Assembly (NCBI GenBank): GCA_013239625.1
Contig: MU054220.1
Location: 8,901,367 to 8,965,366, forward strand
Origin: Lama guanicoe
Taxonomy: Eukaryota
Length of the DNA stretch: 64,000 nt
Reading direction: 5' to 3'
Position numbers and translations under genes: made by a program. The first letter of the stretch is position 1; each line of letters begins with the position of its first letter. The notes under the pieces were generated by a model, which was given only the letters and a program-made list of their open reading frames with translations, did not search any database and was not told the origin of the DNA. Below are positions 26,990 through 40,130 of the stretch, in pieces.

Positions 26990-27970
26990 ACTCTTAAATG
27001 GTACAAATGTCTTGAAAAGCTGTTTGGTTATATCTTGAAGTTAAACTTTCACCTGTCACAGGACCCAGACATTATATTTCTAGATATTCTCCCAAGAGAA
27101 ATAAAGGCATTTGTACATAGGAAGACTTTTATGTGTATGTTCATATCCAGAGTAAGTAGAGAGACACCTGTTATATGCTGAATTGTATCCCTTAAAAATT
27201 CATATGTAGAAGTCCTAGCTCCCAGTACCTCAAAATGTGACTGTTTTATTGAAGATAGGGTTTTGCTTTGGTTTTTTTTTAAGATATAATAAGGTTTAGT
27301 GAGGTCACTGGAGTGAGCCTTAATCCAGTATTACTAGTGCCCTTATAAGAGGAGATTTGGACACACAGGCACAGAGGGAAGACCATGTGAAGGCACAGAG
27401 AGAAAACGGCTACACACAAGCCAAGGAGAGAAACCTCGTTTGACACCAAGCCGAGTGATACCTTGCTCTCTGACCTCTAGACTCCAGAACTGCGAGAGAA
27501 CAAATTTCCATTGTTCAATACACTCAGTCTCTGGTACTTTTGTTACGGCCACCTTAACAAACTAAAACAAACCTATTAACAGGCGAATGGCTAAACACAT
27601 TTTGACGTGCCACTGCACTGGAATACTACTCAGCAATAAAATGGAATAAGCCGTTGATACATGCAACACCATAGATGGATGTAGCTGTAAGTAATTCTCT
27701 TGAGGGAAAGAAGCCAACAGTTTGTCCAAAAAAATAAAAGATTACGTTGCTTACGATTCTATTCATATCAAATTCTAGAAAATACAAACTACCTTACATT
27801 GACAATAAACTGGTAACTGTGGGGACTGAGAAAGGCAAAGAAAGACAGGGTGAAGCAGTAACAAAGATGTACAAGTTTTATAGATGCATATATATGTCAA
27901 AGTATCAAACTGCACACTTCTAACATTTGTAGTATTATTACAATAAAGTTCTTTAAAATAAAAAAAAAAA
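26990..27970 (+). mobile_element. Old L1 (L1MC/MD-like) 3' end, interrupted by an MLT1 LTR
   Basis: 'taaatggtacaaatgtcttgaaaagctgtttgg...cccaagagaaataaaggcatttgtaca' before the LTR; 'tggaatactactcagcaataaaa...tatatatgtcaaagtatcaaactgcacactt...caataaagtt' and an A tail after it. Confidence 0.7.
27169..27569 (+). mobile_element. MaLR solo LTR (MLT1A/B-like)
   Basis: 'tgttatatgctgaattgtatccc...aaaattcatatgtagaagtcctagctcccagtacctcaaaatgtgactg...tctggtacttttgttacggccaccttaacaaactaaaaca'. Confidence 0.9.
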
Positions 27971-29099
27971 CAATGTTGCATGGTAAGTGGTACATTAAAT
28001 ATAGTTTTTAAAGTTTCCAGGTTGTTTTCAGAGTGTTACATTAAAATCAATAGCACTGTTCCATGCACTGTTTATAAAAAGATGGGTTATTTCCAATCTC
28101 AGAGATGATTTGTTATGATTTACCCAATATACCTGTTTAACTACATGTTGATATTTCTTTTTCCACAAATAGGCCCAAATTGATCTGCTTGGGAAAGACC
28201 AAAAAAAAAAGAGAGAGAGAGAGAGAAAAGAAAACTATTGTCTGTTTGTCCATACGCAACTAGAAAACCCTTGTCCGTTTTGAGATCAAGCAGAAAGTTT
28301 GTTAACTTTGAAAAAGATAGTTGACCTCATTTCCTCTTTCTGTTCATTTTTTTCCAACCAGCCCTACGTGGTATAAGAGGCAATGTATTTTAATATGGAA
28401 AAACGACGGTTACCAAGTAGGACAAAATGAAGAGAACTATTCCTAAATTGTCAGAACTAGTTAGAGAGAAAATTTTTTTAAACAATATGAAAGTTAGAAA
28501 AGTAAATCCAGCTTTATCCCTCCAGAGAGCTCATGTTCCTTTGCAAACATTATATGAGTGCCTTGAAATTAGCTGATTTAAATGAATCTTCTTCTAGAAG
28601 GTTATTACAAAGAACTGTACCACCCTGCTTACCTGCTTTCTTATCCATATGCACTGAGATTCTGCACTGTATTTTAAACTGTCTTGCTACTAGATTTTGA
28701 TATGGCCACACAAGTCAACAGAAAGTACCAAATTAAGATGCAAACAATTATATTAAGGATATTTTAAGTACAGTAAAATTCATATACTTAAACTACTCAG
28801 CCCTGCAATTTATGTTTGATCAAATCAGAAGATCTGTATCATTAGATAATCAAGATGGCTGGAATATGCTGATTTAATGAAATCTTCGTATGTACTCTGG
28901 GTGAAATTATGCTTAGTTACCAGAAGGGTGAAAAGAAGGAATTTATAACACTGAAGAAAATTGAGATTTGGGGGGGAAAAAAACCTTCAATATCTGTTCC
29001 CACCTAACTTTTTATTGTGACTTTTCTGTTTCCACTTTTTATACACAGCATCAGCATCGAATGTCCCTGGACAAGTTATGTTTTGTACTTTAGAAAAAG

Positions 29100-29480
29100 T
29101 TCTTCTGTCTTTTTGGCTTCCTCCTCCCATTAATTCCTTTCTACTTAATATTGCCTTATCTTTCAAATTAAAGTTCAAATACCAAATATTCCTTTTCTAG
29201 GGAATCCGAAATCTCCCACACCATCCCACCTTGAGAGAATTAATCACTCATCTATACGTATGCCCATGACTGTATGAAAGCATTTAAATGCAGTATGTAT
29301 CATTTAATGAGAATTTATTTTGTATCTGGAATTTTTTTTGTTTTCTCTATGCATATACATTTTCTCAGTACAAGATTGAAAGCTTGTGAAAGCTAAGGAG
29401 GATCCCATCTTTTTCTGTATTCATGACACTTAGCACAGGGCCTGGAATTTAGTGCCAATAAACACTTGCTGAATTAATCC
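29100..29480 (+). mobile_element. L2 LINE 3' end remnant
   Basis: 'caagattgaaagcttgtgaaagctaagga...acttagcacagggcctgg...caataaacacttgctgaatt'. Confidence 0.6.
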
Positions 29481-29779
29481 ATTTACATGACCTTTGAAAT
29501 ATTGCCATCCTGGAGTGCGAACATCATCCTACACAGATAACTTATGGGTCCAATCACCAGGCTTCTTTGTAACATTTCTTAGTTACAATCATTAGCTTTC
29601 ATTGTAACAAGTTATCACATAACAATCTCTAAAAGGATGTATTTTCCTCAAGGGGAGAAAGGATGAGTAAATCATATTTCCTGTATATCATAAGAAATTT
29701 GACCTCTACTTGTGGATGGTTTCACAAGCTTTCCATTATCTTTTAGGAAACACTCATCTTACAAGGAATCATTACAGCA

Positions 29780-30005
29780 TATTGGCTTAGAATACAAAGT
29801 TCAAGTCAGAGAAAGATGTGTCCAAACTCCAGTTCTGTGACTTGTGCTGTGTCTTTGTTGTGTAAACATGTTTATGAATTATTTCAGCTGTCTCGACTTA
29901 AGTTCACTTGTCAGGAAAAAAGGGATAATACAGCTTGTTTATAATGTGTATTGATACATACATACACTAGTAGAGAAGTTCCCTGTAGTAGGTACTCAAA
30001 ATACT
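29780..30005 (+). mobile_element. MIR SINE
   Basis: 'tccaaactccagttctgtgacttgtgctgtgtctttg...gtagtaggtactcaaaata'. Confidence 0.5.
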
Positions 30006-31907
30006 TTAAAAGATCTAATCATAGCCACTACCTGCCCAGCACAAAGCTGAGAGTATTCATGAGATCTAATAAGATAAAAATTACAGTTATACGTGTTATT
30101 TTTCCTCAAGAAATTTATAGTCTAGCTAGAGAACTAAAATTTGCCCAAAGGAAACCATTAAATAAAAATATGACACAGGATTTAATTACAAAATATGCTT
30201 GTTGATTCAGAATGTGGTATTACAGTAATTCAGAGGAAGCAAAGAAAATTGTGAGTTACAGAAATCCTTCTGTCTTTCTACAGAAGGTAATGTGAAAGAA
30301 TGGAAGATGAGCGTTGATGCACCCCAGAGATTTGGCAGGAAGATGGAAACATAGGTTGGATCTACTGAAATACGACTTGAAAATAAAATAACTCATACAA
30401 CCCTTCTTTTTTCGTCCTTCTCTGAATTTACTAGAGATACTGTGATTTTAAGCACATTAGACCAACCACACTTGGAAAGTGCCTTTGTTGTGTCGGCTCA
30501 AGTCCTGACAATCAATGTAGGTAAATATCACTACAACCAACTTCAGAAGTATTTACTAGCTACAGTCTGAGAGAGTCATTTATTACTTTTTGATTTAGGG
30601 TCACTGATTTTGAGCCATGTTCTGAAAGACTTTCTAAAGGAAACCCAAAACACTATTTACTATAAAAGAAGATGAACAGATCACAGTCATTTTCATATGT
30701 TCTCAAATTGTGACTTGTTGATCGAAAAGGAATTGAGGTTGATGACACATATACAATTGAAGTTGCCTGTTTATTGTTAGATAGTCAATGTAATATTCAA
30801 AGTACATGGAATATCCTGCAGGTGTTTCTCAGAATGCTTATGAAGTGCATGGCTGTGCAAAAGAAAATCACACTGGGATGCAGGGGAGAGTGCTGATGCA
30901 ATGTGTGACTGACGTTACGTGTGAATTTTAATTTTACTGATTTCCACTAATTACGAATACTCTTGGAGATATCACCACCCAGATTTGGCCTCACAAAGTT
31001 TGGAACATCAATCTGCATGTTTCTCTTTGTATTTTATCGTTTCCCTTCCGTCTTTAGGTGGCTTGCTATCTATCTACTTGCTAGCTTGCTTCAGGAGACT
31101 GATGGGAAAAGTGACATTAAATACATGACCTATTCCTGCCTGGTTGTTGTTTCTAAACGCCAAGCCCATTATGAAGAGCACGCCCCCACCCCACGCACTG
31201 AGACGTTTAAGGATAAACACAGGCATGTAGAGGAGCAGAGAAGAAAACAATAAATATTATTCCAGGACAGTGCCCTCAAGAGGAGGCCAACCCTGGCCTG
31301 GAGGGCTGTGTGATGAATGTAGAGAGAACAAATCTTGGGCACTGGGATTCACAACCTCACGTGGACCACGAGCGGTACAAAAGCAGTAGATCCAGTGGAC
31401 ATCAAGAAGACCAGTCCAAATTAGGGCAATAAAAGGGTCTCTCCAATGCTTCAAAAAAAATTTTTTTTTTTTACTTTCAGGATGCTGGAGCTCCAAGAAT
31501 GGCTGAGGTTGAATCCTCCATAAGTCCAGGATTATGAAGACTCGGAGTCAAAATTAACCAATGAAAGATTTAAACATACATATTTTTGTGAACTGAGCTG
31601 CAAAGTGTTACACGTGGACTGCCTCCAGGGATGGTCATTGTGCACCCTCACAATAAAGGTTTTCAGCATCCTCAAAGTTTCCTCATGGAAATGCCCAAGG
31701 ACACTGAAGTTCTGTTGCTCTACCTGGAAAACTGAGAAAGAAGTGGTGCCTACCTGCCACCTACAGAGTTAATGTCTAACTTCCCATTTAGAGAAATCAA
31801 AAGGGACTTTTCCACAGATATGTGGTAGATTGAGTCGAATAGTAGGCTAGAAGATTCAGGCATTTTTCAAGGATAAATAGTGGGCCCTGCAGTTAATGAG
31901 CATGGAA

Positions 31908-32145
31908 CAGTTGATCCTTGGACAAATCAGGGGTTAGGAGTGGCGAGCCTCCAAGTCGTCAAACACCCAAGTATAATTTACAGCCAGCACCCCGAATCCG
32001 TGCTTCCTCTCCATCTGCAGTCCCTCCCAATCCACAGGTTCACCCCACAGCAGATCATGCAGTACTATGATATTTACTATTGAAAAAAATTTCACGTCCA
32101 AGTGGACCCAGGCAGTTGAAACCCATGTTGTTCAAAAGTCAACTG
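31908..32145. mobile_element. TcMar-Tigger MITE (Tigger2/MER8-type)
   Basis: TIRs CAGTTGATCCTTGGACAA and TTGTTCAAAAGTCAACTG, followed by TA; internal 'gtactatgatatttactattgaaaaaaat...agtggacccaggcagttgaaacccatg'. Confidence 0.85.
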
Positions 32146-32299
32146 TAGTTTGAAAGTAACAAACGCCAGCATGGGGAAAAAAAAAATGTGCATGAGGCAG
32201 TTACACATGCTTCCTGAGAACTTCTATGTGCCTGAACTGTGCAGATCATTTCAGCAAACGCATCTCTACAACTCTCCCAACCCCTGCCAGGGATGCTTG

Positions 32300-32615
32300 T
32301 CCCTGAGTTGTTGGCCTGTCCTGCTGTTGCACCTTCTACATGTTATCACAGAAATGTCGCCCTGCAGGGAGGCCTTTCCTTGCTACCTTCTCTAAAATTG
32401 CAACCTCCCAGTTCTTCCTATGCCTCCTCTGCAGTCATTTTTTTCTCCTTATCACTTATCACTACCTCACATACTGCACAGTTCATCCATCTGGTTTACT
32501 AAATGCTCTCTGCTTCCGGAGGCAGGGAGCTTGACTCTTTTGTGAATCCCCGTCTCCCCGACCCCAGAATCACGTCTCACATGTGACACAAGCTACCTTA
32601 AGTATTTGCTGGGAA
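32300..32615 (+). mobile_element. L2 LINE 3' end remnant
   Basis: 'aaatgtcgccctgcagggaggcctttccttgctacc...ggcagggagcttgactcttttg...aagtatttgctgg'. Confidence 0.6.
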
Positions 32616-32639
32616 ATGGCTTAATATTTGAATGCCTCC

Positions 32640-32780
32640 CTGAAGGAAGAGCAGCTCTTTATCCTCATTTTGCCAGAGGAGGAAATCAAGGCTCCTGCAG
32701 ATTCCGTCATTTACTCAAAGTCACTGAAATTAGAATATAGATTTATCTGGCTCGAATGCTTCTGCTCTTTTCACTATGGC
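32640..32780 (-). mobile_element. MIR SINE
   Basis: 'tatcctcattttgccagaggaggaaatcaaggctc...tactcaaagtcac'. Confidence 0.6.
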
Positions 32781-33540
32781 ATCCTTTCATTCACCTAAAA
32801 TAAAGTCATTTGTGCATGCACTTACACACCAAGCTAGCTGAAAAACAGGAGACAGACAGATGACTAAGTCACCACTTCCTACACTCAGCTTGCACTCCAG
32901 TGAAGGGGACAGGGTCACACCGAGCACATTTCAATAAAGAGACAAGCGTCTCTTAGCCTGCTGAATGCTTGCTGAAGTAAGTGGAGAAACCCTTAGGCTA
33001 GTTTCAGGTGGTTATAGAGAGCTCCTCAGAATAAGTGGTTGTTGAAGCTGACAAGTGAAGAACGGATCAGAGAGTGAAGATGTTAATGAGAAAGTAAACA
33101 AGTCGCAAAGCAGGTGCAAGAGGAAGGAAGGCTAGTCCACCGATGTCCCCGTGACCAGAAGAACTCCATGAGAGTTTAGTAAAGCTCAAAGATAGAGTTT
33201 GGTATAAAGTGGAGAAAAAGGGGAAAAAAATGACCGTAATCAGGCTGTGAAATAAACAGAAACCAGGTTATTAAGTTTTGCTAGAAGGAACTCATCTAAT
33301 AGGACAACACGTTTTTTAAAAAGTATGGCAACTCCTTTGGTTTATTGCTGCTCTAGTAATTATTCAAACCTCCCATGTTTTGAAAAGAGGAAGCTGACGT
33401 ACCAAATGTCTTTAACTTTCCAGCCCCTTCATTAATTATCCAGTAATTAATGGGACTCAGTTACTCACAGAGAATGAACTCCTTGTCAAAGATCTCTGTT
33501 GAGGAATCAACTTTCTACACAAATCAGTGATTCACCGAGG

Positions 33541-34120
33541 TGTATTAATTATATATTGCTACGTAACAAAATTACCACTCACTTAGTAGCTTAAAACAAC
33601 ACGCATTTAGTATCTCATGGGGGAGGTTGCAGTCCAGAAATGATTTACCCAAGTCCTCAGCTTAGGGTGTCCTAAGGCTGCAATTAAGCTGCTGTCCATG
33701 ACTGCAATTTCAGCTAAGCCTCCACTGGGAGGAACCTGCTGGTCATTCACTCACTGGGGGCAGAATTCAGTCCCTTGAAAGCTGCTGAATGGAAGGCTTC
33801 AGGTTCCTGGACATAGGTTGGAGTAGCCCTCAGCCCCTGGCCATGTGGCTGTCCCCACACACGGAAGCCCACATCAGATCACATCACATCACATCACATC
33901 ACAGAAGCTTGTTTGTCAAGCTTTCCCTGTAGGATGAACATTATGATTTTATGTACTGTAATCACATACGTGTAATCTTGTGCATCTCATCACCTTTGTC
34001 GTATGTGGCTGCTTAGAAGCAGGTTACAGGTCTAGCACACACTTACCTAGAGGACAATACACAAGGCGGGACTACAAGGGGATGGCACTCCTGGGGACCA
34101 CCAAAGAGTCTGTCTGCCTT
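33541..34120 (-). mobile_element. MaLR LTR (MLT1F/G-like) containing an (ATCAC)n microsatellite
   Basis: 'tgtattaattatatattgctacgtaacaaaattaccactcacttagtagcttaaaacaac...gcttagaagcaggttacaggtc'; pentamer run at about 33870-33902. Confidence 0.75.
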
Positions 34121-34204
34121 GTGACGTCTTTCTGCTAGCCTGCAACGCAGAGATTTTCCAATCATTCTCCTTCACTGAAATGAGCCCACGAAAGGCTTCT
34201 GCCT

Positions 34205-34582
34205 GAAACAGCTCAGGCTGCGATAACAGATTCCCATAGACTGAGTGGCTTTGGCAACATTTATTTCTCACAGTTGAGGGGGCTGAAACATCCAAGATCA
34301 AGGCACCAGCAGGTCTGGTGTCAAATGATGGCACTCTTCCTGGTTGGCAGATGGCCCTCTTACTGCATCCTTTCATGACAAAGAGAAGGGAGAGGAAGGA
34401 AGCTCTTTCAAATCTCCTCTTTAAAGGGCACTAATTCCGTTCATTGGGGCCCCACCCACATGACTAATTACCTCCCAAAGGCCCCACCTCCTAATATCAT
34501 CATATTGGCGGGGGAGATTAAGAGCTCAACATACCAGTTTGGGGGAGGGTGATGGGAGAACACAGCATGCAGTCCAAACACC
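34205..34582 (-). mobile_element. MaLR solo LTR (MLT1A0-like)
   Basis: 'gctcaggctgcgataacagattcccatagactgagtggctt...tccaagatcaaggcaccagcagg...aattacctcccaaaggccccacctcctaatatcatc'. Confidence 0.85.
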
Positions 34583-35619
34583 ATCATATAGTGGACTTGC
34601 TGTTTCAGAAAGTCTGTAGTAAATCTCTGGACAAAATTTCACAACGCCTTCTCCCCACATACAGCTGAGGCTGGTATGTCTGAACAATCTCTAGAGAAGA
34701 GGTTAGTCCCCTTTCACAATTGATTAGGATCACCCATGCTCAGCAGGGGTTGTTAATTGCAGCAGGGTTAATAAACGACACCAGCCTTCATGCTTTTTCT
34801 GGCTCCTCCATTTGAAGCTTTTCTTCCTGGATAATTAGACTTTCTTTAGGCAGACAAGAGTTTGGCAGATCTGGAGACCAACTGTTCTATGTAGCTATGT
34901 AAAAAAAAAAAAAATCTAGGGAGAGGGGGTCAGAATGGAGGGCAGGCAGCCAGATTCCCCCCAATTTACGTGAAAACTTAAATCCACGCAGACCTCATAG
35001 GCACTTGTTTGGAGAATGACATCCAAACAGCTTTAACTGCCCACAGCTATTTTATTCTTGACATCAATTTCTGAAAGCATCACCTGTGAAAAGTTCAACA
35101 TTTAGCAATTCCTGTTGTTTTCTTTCTCCCTGGGGTAGACATCAAGTTCACGTGAAAAGAGCCATTTGGGGAAGAGAACAAATACTAATGACCCCCAGAT
35201 GAGTAAAAGGGACACAGGGGACATAGCAGGCAAGAGTGGCTACTGGAGTCAGAAGACCTTTGCAGTACCTTGGGCAAACTGTGATTCCCAGAAGAGCAAT
35301 TAACCTCTCTGGGCTGCTGTTTCTGATGTGTAACATGAGAGAAATAGGTACTCCTACCTAGTCCTTTAGATAGTTTATGACGAGAAATTAGGCAGTAGTT
35401 AAAAGTAAGAGTTTTACCACAATCCCTAGATCTAATTCTTTTTGATTGTCTTGGAGGAAGAAAGAGAAAGGACTGGATGTTTCCAGAATGGAATCTCATC
35501 ATAATGCTTGACACTGTGTGTCATTTCTTCAATCAGATACAGTAAAAAATTTGGAAAATAAATTGGTTTAATTTAGCAAATCGCAAACTACTTGTATTGT
35601 CTGTAAGAACCACCTGGCT

Positions 35620-35760
35620 GTTTGCTTAGAAGGTGGTTGCCAGATTCCACTTCCAGATGCTCTCAATCAGGAGGTCATGAGTGGATCTCAGTAATCTTCA
35701 TTTTTAGCTAATGCAGTCTGATGCAGCTTTTCGCTAGACCTAATTTTGCAATGACACCCT
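35620..35760. mobile_element. MER5-family MITE remnant
   Basis: 'aagaaccacctggctg...atctcagtaatcttcatttttagc...tctgatgcagc'. Confidence 0.4.
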
Positions 35761-35829
35761 TTTTAAATTATAATAATTCTGCTCATTACCTCCTTGTTTT
35801 CCTGCCTGCCCAGGTATTCTCCAAAAGGG

Positions 35830-36180
35830 CCTGTACGCAGGCTACTTCATCTACCCTGAACACTCTCCCCTCTTTCTCTTGGTTCACTTAGATCACCTTT
35901 CAGGTTTCACTTTAACATCACTTTCTGCAATGAAGTCCATCCTACTGCCACAGACTAATTTAATTAGGTTTCTCTTATGCATTTTGTAACACTAGGCACT
36001 TCCCCTTCATAGCAATTACCATAATTATATTTAATTAAATCTGTATAATTATTTATGTACTGTTTCTCTCCTCACCAGGATACGAGATTCCTGAGGCTAG
36101 AGACTGGTTAATTTGCTTCACTAGGGCCTGGAAGATGCCTTTAACATAGTAGGTGTATAATAAGTATTTGCTGAACGAAG
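35830..36180 (+). mobile_element. L2 LINE 3' end
   Basis: 'caggtttcactttaacatcactttctgcaatgaagtcc...ttcctgaggctagagactgg...aacatagtaggtgtataataagtatttgctgaacgaa'. Confidence 0.7.
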
Positions 36181-36297
36181 GACGGGGTGGGGAGGGGGGA
36201 GGGAAAGAGAAGATACCATAACCAACTAACCAACCCTCTCTGTAAGAGTTTGAATAGGAGAAGCCCAGGGAGAAATGAAAGGGCAAATTATTTAAAT

Positions 36298-36766
36298 TGT
36301 AACTGAGCAGGATGCTATGGGACCTTCCTGGGACAGACCCCTCCCCATATCCTGTGTTGTGGCTCCTCTGTTAAGTACCCAGATAACAGTGTTTCACGAA
36401 TAGTTCCTGAGTTTTTCAGATGCTCATTTCTTCCATCAAATGGAAGAAATTAACTACTTGATGATCATGATGATCATGAGCATGTATTTCCCAGAACTTC
36501 TGGCGGCTAGAGATTGAGCACCATCGACCCATCAGAGAATTGTTCACAGCGGATCACTGACCCTGGGATGCCCCTCCCTCAGCCAGCTTTTAAAAACAAT
36601 CAGCTGAAGCCCTTCAGGACGTTCGGGACTTTTTGGACATAAGCCACCTTCTTCGTGAGTTCTCCTTGCGGGCCCTGCAATAAACCTTTCTCAGCTCCGA
36701 ACTCTGACATTTCGGTATTGTTTGACCTCACTGTGAGTCAAGCACACGAACTTGTGGTCAGTAACA
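36298..36766 (+). mobile_element. ERV1-class solo LTR
   Basis: TGT...ACA termini, TATA-like 'ttttaaaa' near 36590, AATAAA near 36679, and a near-identical 4-bp flank (aaat / aaac). Confidence 0.8.
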
Positions 36767-38544
36767 AAACTAACGTGCTGGGTTCAAGCCTATACAAACA
36801 CACCGCAGAACAATCTTTGACCGCAAAGACTGAAAACATCTCCTCTGCCCTCTGAAAGTTTCAGCTCAAACCATTTTTGCAAAAAGAATAGATTCCATCA
36901 GGATTCTTCCATATAATAGCTTGGGCGTTTTTCATACTGCCAGCATAAAGGTACCTTTAGACTTACATTGTTTTATTTTTGTTATTAGTAATAATGATAG
37001 TTATTGTTATTTATTATTACTTAGGGGTCACAAAGCATAGGAAAACATTTCTGAGTATCAACATAAACTCTTTGGGAATGGTTACTTCCTAAACTGGAAT
37101 GGCAAACAAGCATCATAGAAAAATGGACAAAATGCTCAGTATTGACCCAGTTAAAATCCATTTCCAGTGACTGGGCATTTGCACCTCTGTACAGTAGGAG
37201 ATTTTTCACCTGACAAGATCAGAACCAATAGTACGTAAGTTATTAGAAAAATCAGTTGATGCCAAGAGTCATAAAAAATTATATATGTACCTAAATGTTT
37301 TTTTAGCCTAAAACATAAAAAAGTATATTCATTATGTAATCTGTTGATGCAGATCCTTGAATGAATCAGCTAGTGGAAGTGTGTACAGCTTTTATTGCCA
37401 AAACTCCACCTCATTAGCATATCTTCCACTATTTCCAGTGTGGGTCCTCTTAAGGTGAAGTTGAAATTTTAAAACACCTGTAAACAAATCTCAGTACAAA
37501 ATGTTTCTAGACTTTTATGACTTCTGTTCCTCAATCTTTTATACTCACCTCTTCCACATTTATTTGGATAGTAATTTTATTTTAGTGGCTTACTTTCATG
37601 AAGTCAAAGCTTTTATCTAAGTTTGCATAGAAACCAAAGCTCTTTTTCTTTATGCATTCATATTTAATCGGAGTAAGTACTGTATCGATTACAATATTGA
37701 GTGCAACACATCTGGGGACACAAGGGACTCTGAGTTAGCGCACAACTTAACTGGTGATCCTGAAATTGTCCATGTGGATTTGAAGGCAGCCTTCTAGGCT
37801 CTGACTCCATTGGGAAAGGAGAATGAATTCACTGAACTGGTGAATTAAATAGATGTCAGCTAAGAAAATCCCTAATTTTTGTAGCTTAGACTTCTACTGC
37901 AGTGACTGTTGGGATGTAAATAATGAGAGTACCCCTAAATGCAAAATATTTCTCTCATCTTTACCAAACCACAGTGTCTCTAAATAAAAATCTAGAATCT
38001 TCTCTATGTCATATGACTATGTTTGGCTCAAAACCAGGTCACCTAATATTTATTCATTCAAAAGTAACAGTTTTGAGACACCCTTGAGAGGCACCCTTGA
38101 GAGACATGGCCATTTTGGGTAGGTAAGAAGTGGGGTTTTTAATTTGATAGACATGGATTTATAGCTCTGATCTGCCGCTAAGAAAATTTTCACATATACT
38201 GAGTATCTCCTGAGCTTCTGCTGGACAGGTGATATTCATACTATGCTGATTCAGAGCTAGTCAACCCAAACTAGCATGCTTTCTAGGGAATCCTGAGTAG
38301 TTTTCTTACTTCTTTCAAGCCTCAATTGGGGCATCCGTGAAATCATTGAAATAAATGACAGGATTCTATGTGAAGAGCTTTGTAATGGTTGGATGATTGT
38401 TTCAAAAGTTACCTTTGATCCCATGAAATTCCTTCCTCTGAATCAAGAAACAAAAGATTTGCATTGAAAAATGCTATTACATTTTTGGTCTTTAAGCCAA
38501 ACAGACAAACAAAAACCATCTAGAGTCAGTGGACAAGTCAAAAT

Positions 38545-38676
38545 GATACTGGTGTGGGGTAATAAAAATGTTCCGGAATTAGAAGTGATGGCTGCACAAC
38601 ACTGTTAATACACCAAAGGCCCCTGAGTTGTACACTTGGCAATGGCTAAAATGGTAAGTTTTATGTTATGTATATT
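38545..38676 (+). mobile_element. L1MB-like 3' terminal fragment, split by an LTR
   Basis: 'aaaatgttccggaattagaagtgatggctgcacaacactg...tgtacact...atggctaaaatggtaagttttatgttatgtatatt'. Confidence 0.75.
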
Positions 38677-39078
38677 TGTTGGAGGAGGTCACGGAGGGGA
38701 CGTGGCTGCTGCTCGACTTGCGAGCGGGACCCAGGCAATCAGAAGCTCCTCACCCACTCCCAGTCCTTGGAATGTGCATTTTGCACTAGCCTTCCCCACA
38801 GCAGGAGCTGCTCAAGGTCACAGCCTTGAGATAGCAATGTGTTCTTGAGACCACCTAGACGATATACGTGACTGAGCCCAGTTAAGGGCTCTATCTAAAC
38901 TTTTAAGAGTCTGGCAGGTGGGTTGGATCTGTTTGCCTCGCCGCCACCTAAGACAAGCCTCATAAATAAGTTAGTTCCTTTGCTTATTAAAACTGCCATC
39001 TACCAACCTGGAGTGTCCACCTCTTTCTTCGGTCTCTGCTTGCCCTCCAAGTACAAATGACCAGGGTGTGACCCAACA
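38677..39078 (+). mobile_element. ERV solo LTR with 5-bp TSD (ERVL-like)
   Basis: Perfect 6-bp inverted ends TGTTGG...CCAACA; flanks atatt (38672-38676) and gtatt (39079-39083); internal AATAA/ATTAAA near 38965-38990. Confidence 0.8.
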
Positions 39079-39327
39079 GTATTCATCACACACACATGAT
39101 ATGAGAAGATGATAATGCTATGGGGAAAATACTTGCTGGGTTATATAATGAGTTTAAGCCTAAAAAGAGTATAATTGAGGTGTCCAGTGGAAAGAGAGAT
39201 GAATGGTGCAGAGTTTTTTTAAGTTTTAGAAAGGTAAAGACAATTATATTTTTGGGTATCTGAGCATGGGATCTATGAAAATACTAATAACACTATATCA
39301 GAATTAAATAACATGATATATGTGAAG

Positions 39328-40130
39328 CATATGCAGTATTTTCAACGTAAGCTTCTCTGCCATTAACATCTTTGCTGTGTACGTAACTAATTGTCCGCAA
39401 GGCAATTTTGGAGTAAAAGATAAACTTACTGGTTGATGGTTTGGTTTGACAGCTTGGTTTCACCTGGATGAATTTGGCTTTATGGAACTGACAGATGACA
39501 GTCTGCCTCAAGTCGGTTGCTTATTTTGAAACACAGTACATTGGAGGAGAAAAAGGCTGAGGGCCTCAAAGGTACAGAGCTAAACTCACATTTCCCACAG
39601 AATTTTGGAATGTCTATCAAAGGACATGCGACGACATGCAGTTAACAAACAACAGTGCAGATACTTTCATGATGCAGAACAAAGCTCATTTACAAATGTA
39701 GGCACCCCAGTATTTGGAAACTGATACCTCTCTTAATGAAGGAAAACATCCTAGCAACAAAGAGAAGAGCACGGTGCTGGATGAGGAGATGGCTGAACAA
39801 GCCCAAAAATGTATAATTCTACGAATGAAGGACTTCAACAAAGAGTCCTTAGTTCAGCCCACAAAGTGAAGTCAGCTATTTGGGCTGTATTGCCATGAAC
39901 CTACACAATTTTAAATGTAATCAGGTATTTTATACGTTGCAATAAATTCTTCATTTTGCTCTTCATTTTTCAAGTTTCATTATGTCCTTTTTAATGTTCT
40001 TCCTTTAATTTTTTTTTCAATTTTATCTTTTACGGCAAAATTGCCTTAGGGCCAATTAGTTACGTGGCAAAAATGTGTGCAGCAAAAGTGCTTGCAGCAA
40101 AGAAACTTATGGTAAAAATACCAAGAACCT
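39328..40130 (+). mobile_element. Mutator-like (MULE/MuDR) DNA transposon, internally deleted
   Basis: Imperfect TIRs of about 100 bp (left 'gtattttcaacgtaagcttctctgc...acgtaactaattgtccgcaaggcaattttggagtaaaagataaa'; right 'tttatcttttacggcaaaattgccttagggccaattagttacgt...gcaaagaaacttatggtaaaaatac'); 9-bp TSD tatgtgaag (39319-39327) / tgtgtgaag (40131-40139); transposase remnant inside. Confidence 0.85.
39516..39915 (+). pseudogene. Decayed MULE transposase C-terminal region
   Basis: Manual translation across one stop and several frameshifts: VAYFETQYIGGEKG*GPQRYRAKLTFPTEFWNVYQRTCDDMQLTNNSA / FHDAEQSSFTNVG / HPSIWKLIPLLMKE ... VSYLGCIAMNL. This matches the YFExxYIG, FPxxxWN, RTNNxxExxH, HPxIW and YLxxIAxNL pattern of animal MULE transposases. 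Confidence 0.75.

Noticed and set aside
31455..31570. Strong-looking splice acceptor (also at about 47190 and 55195)
   Set aside because: Polypyrimidine-AG tracts are frequent, and I could not support a matching donor or coding frame without RNA data.
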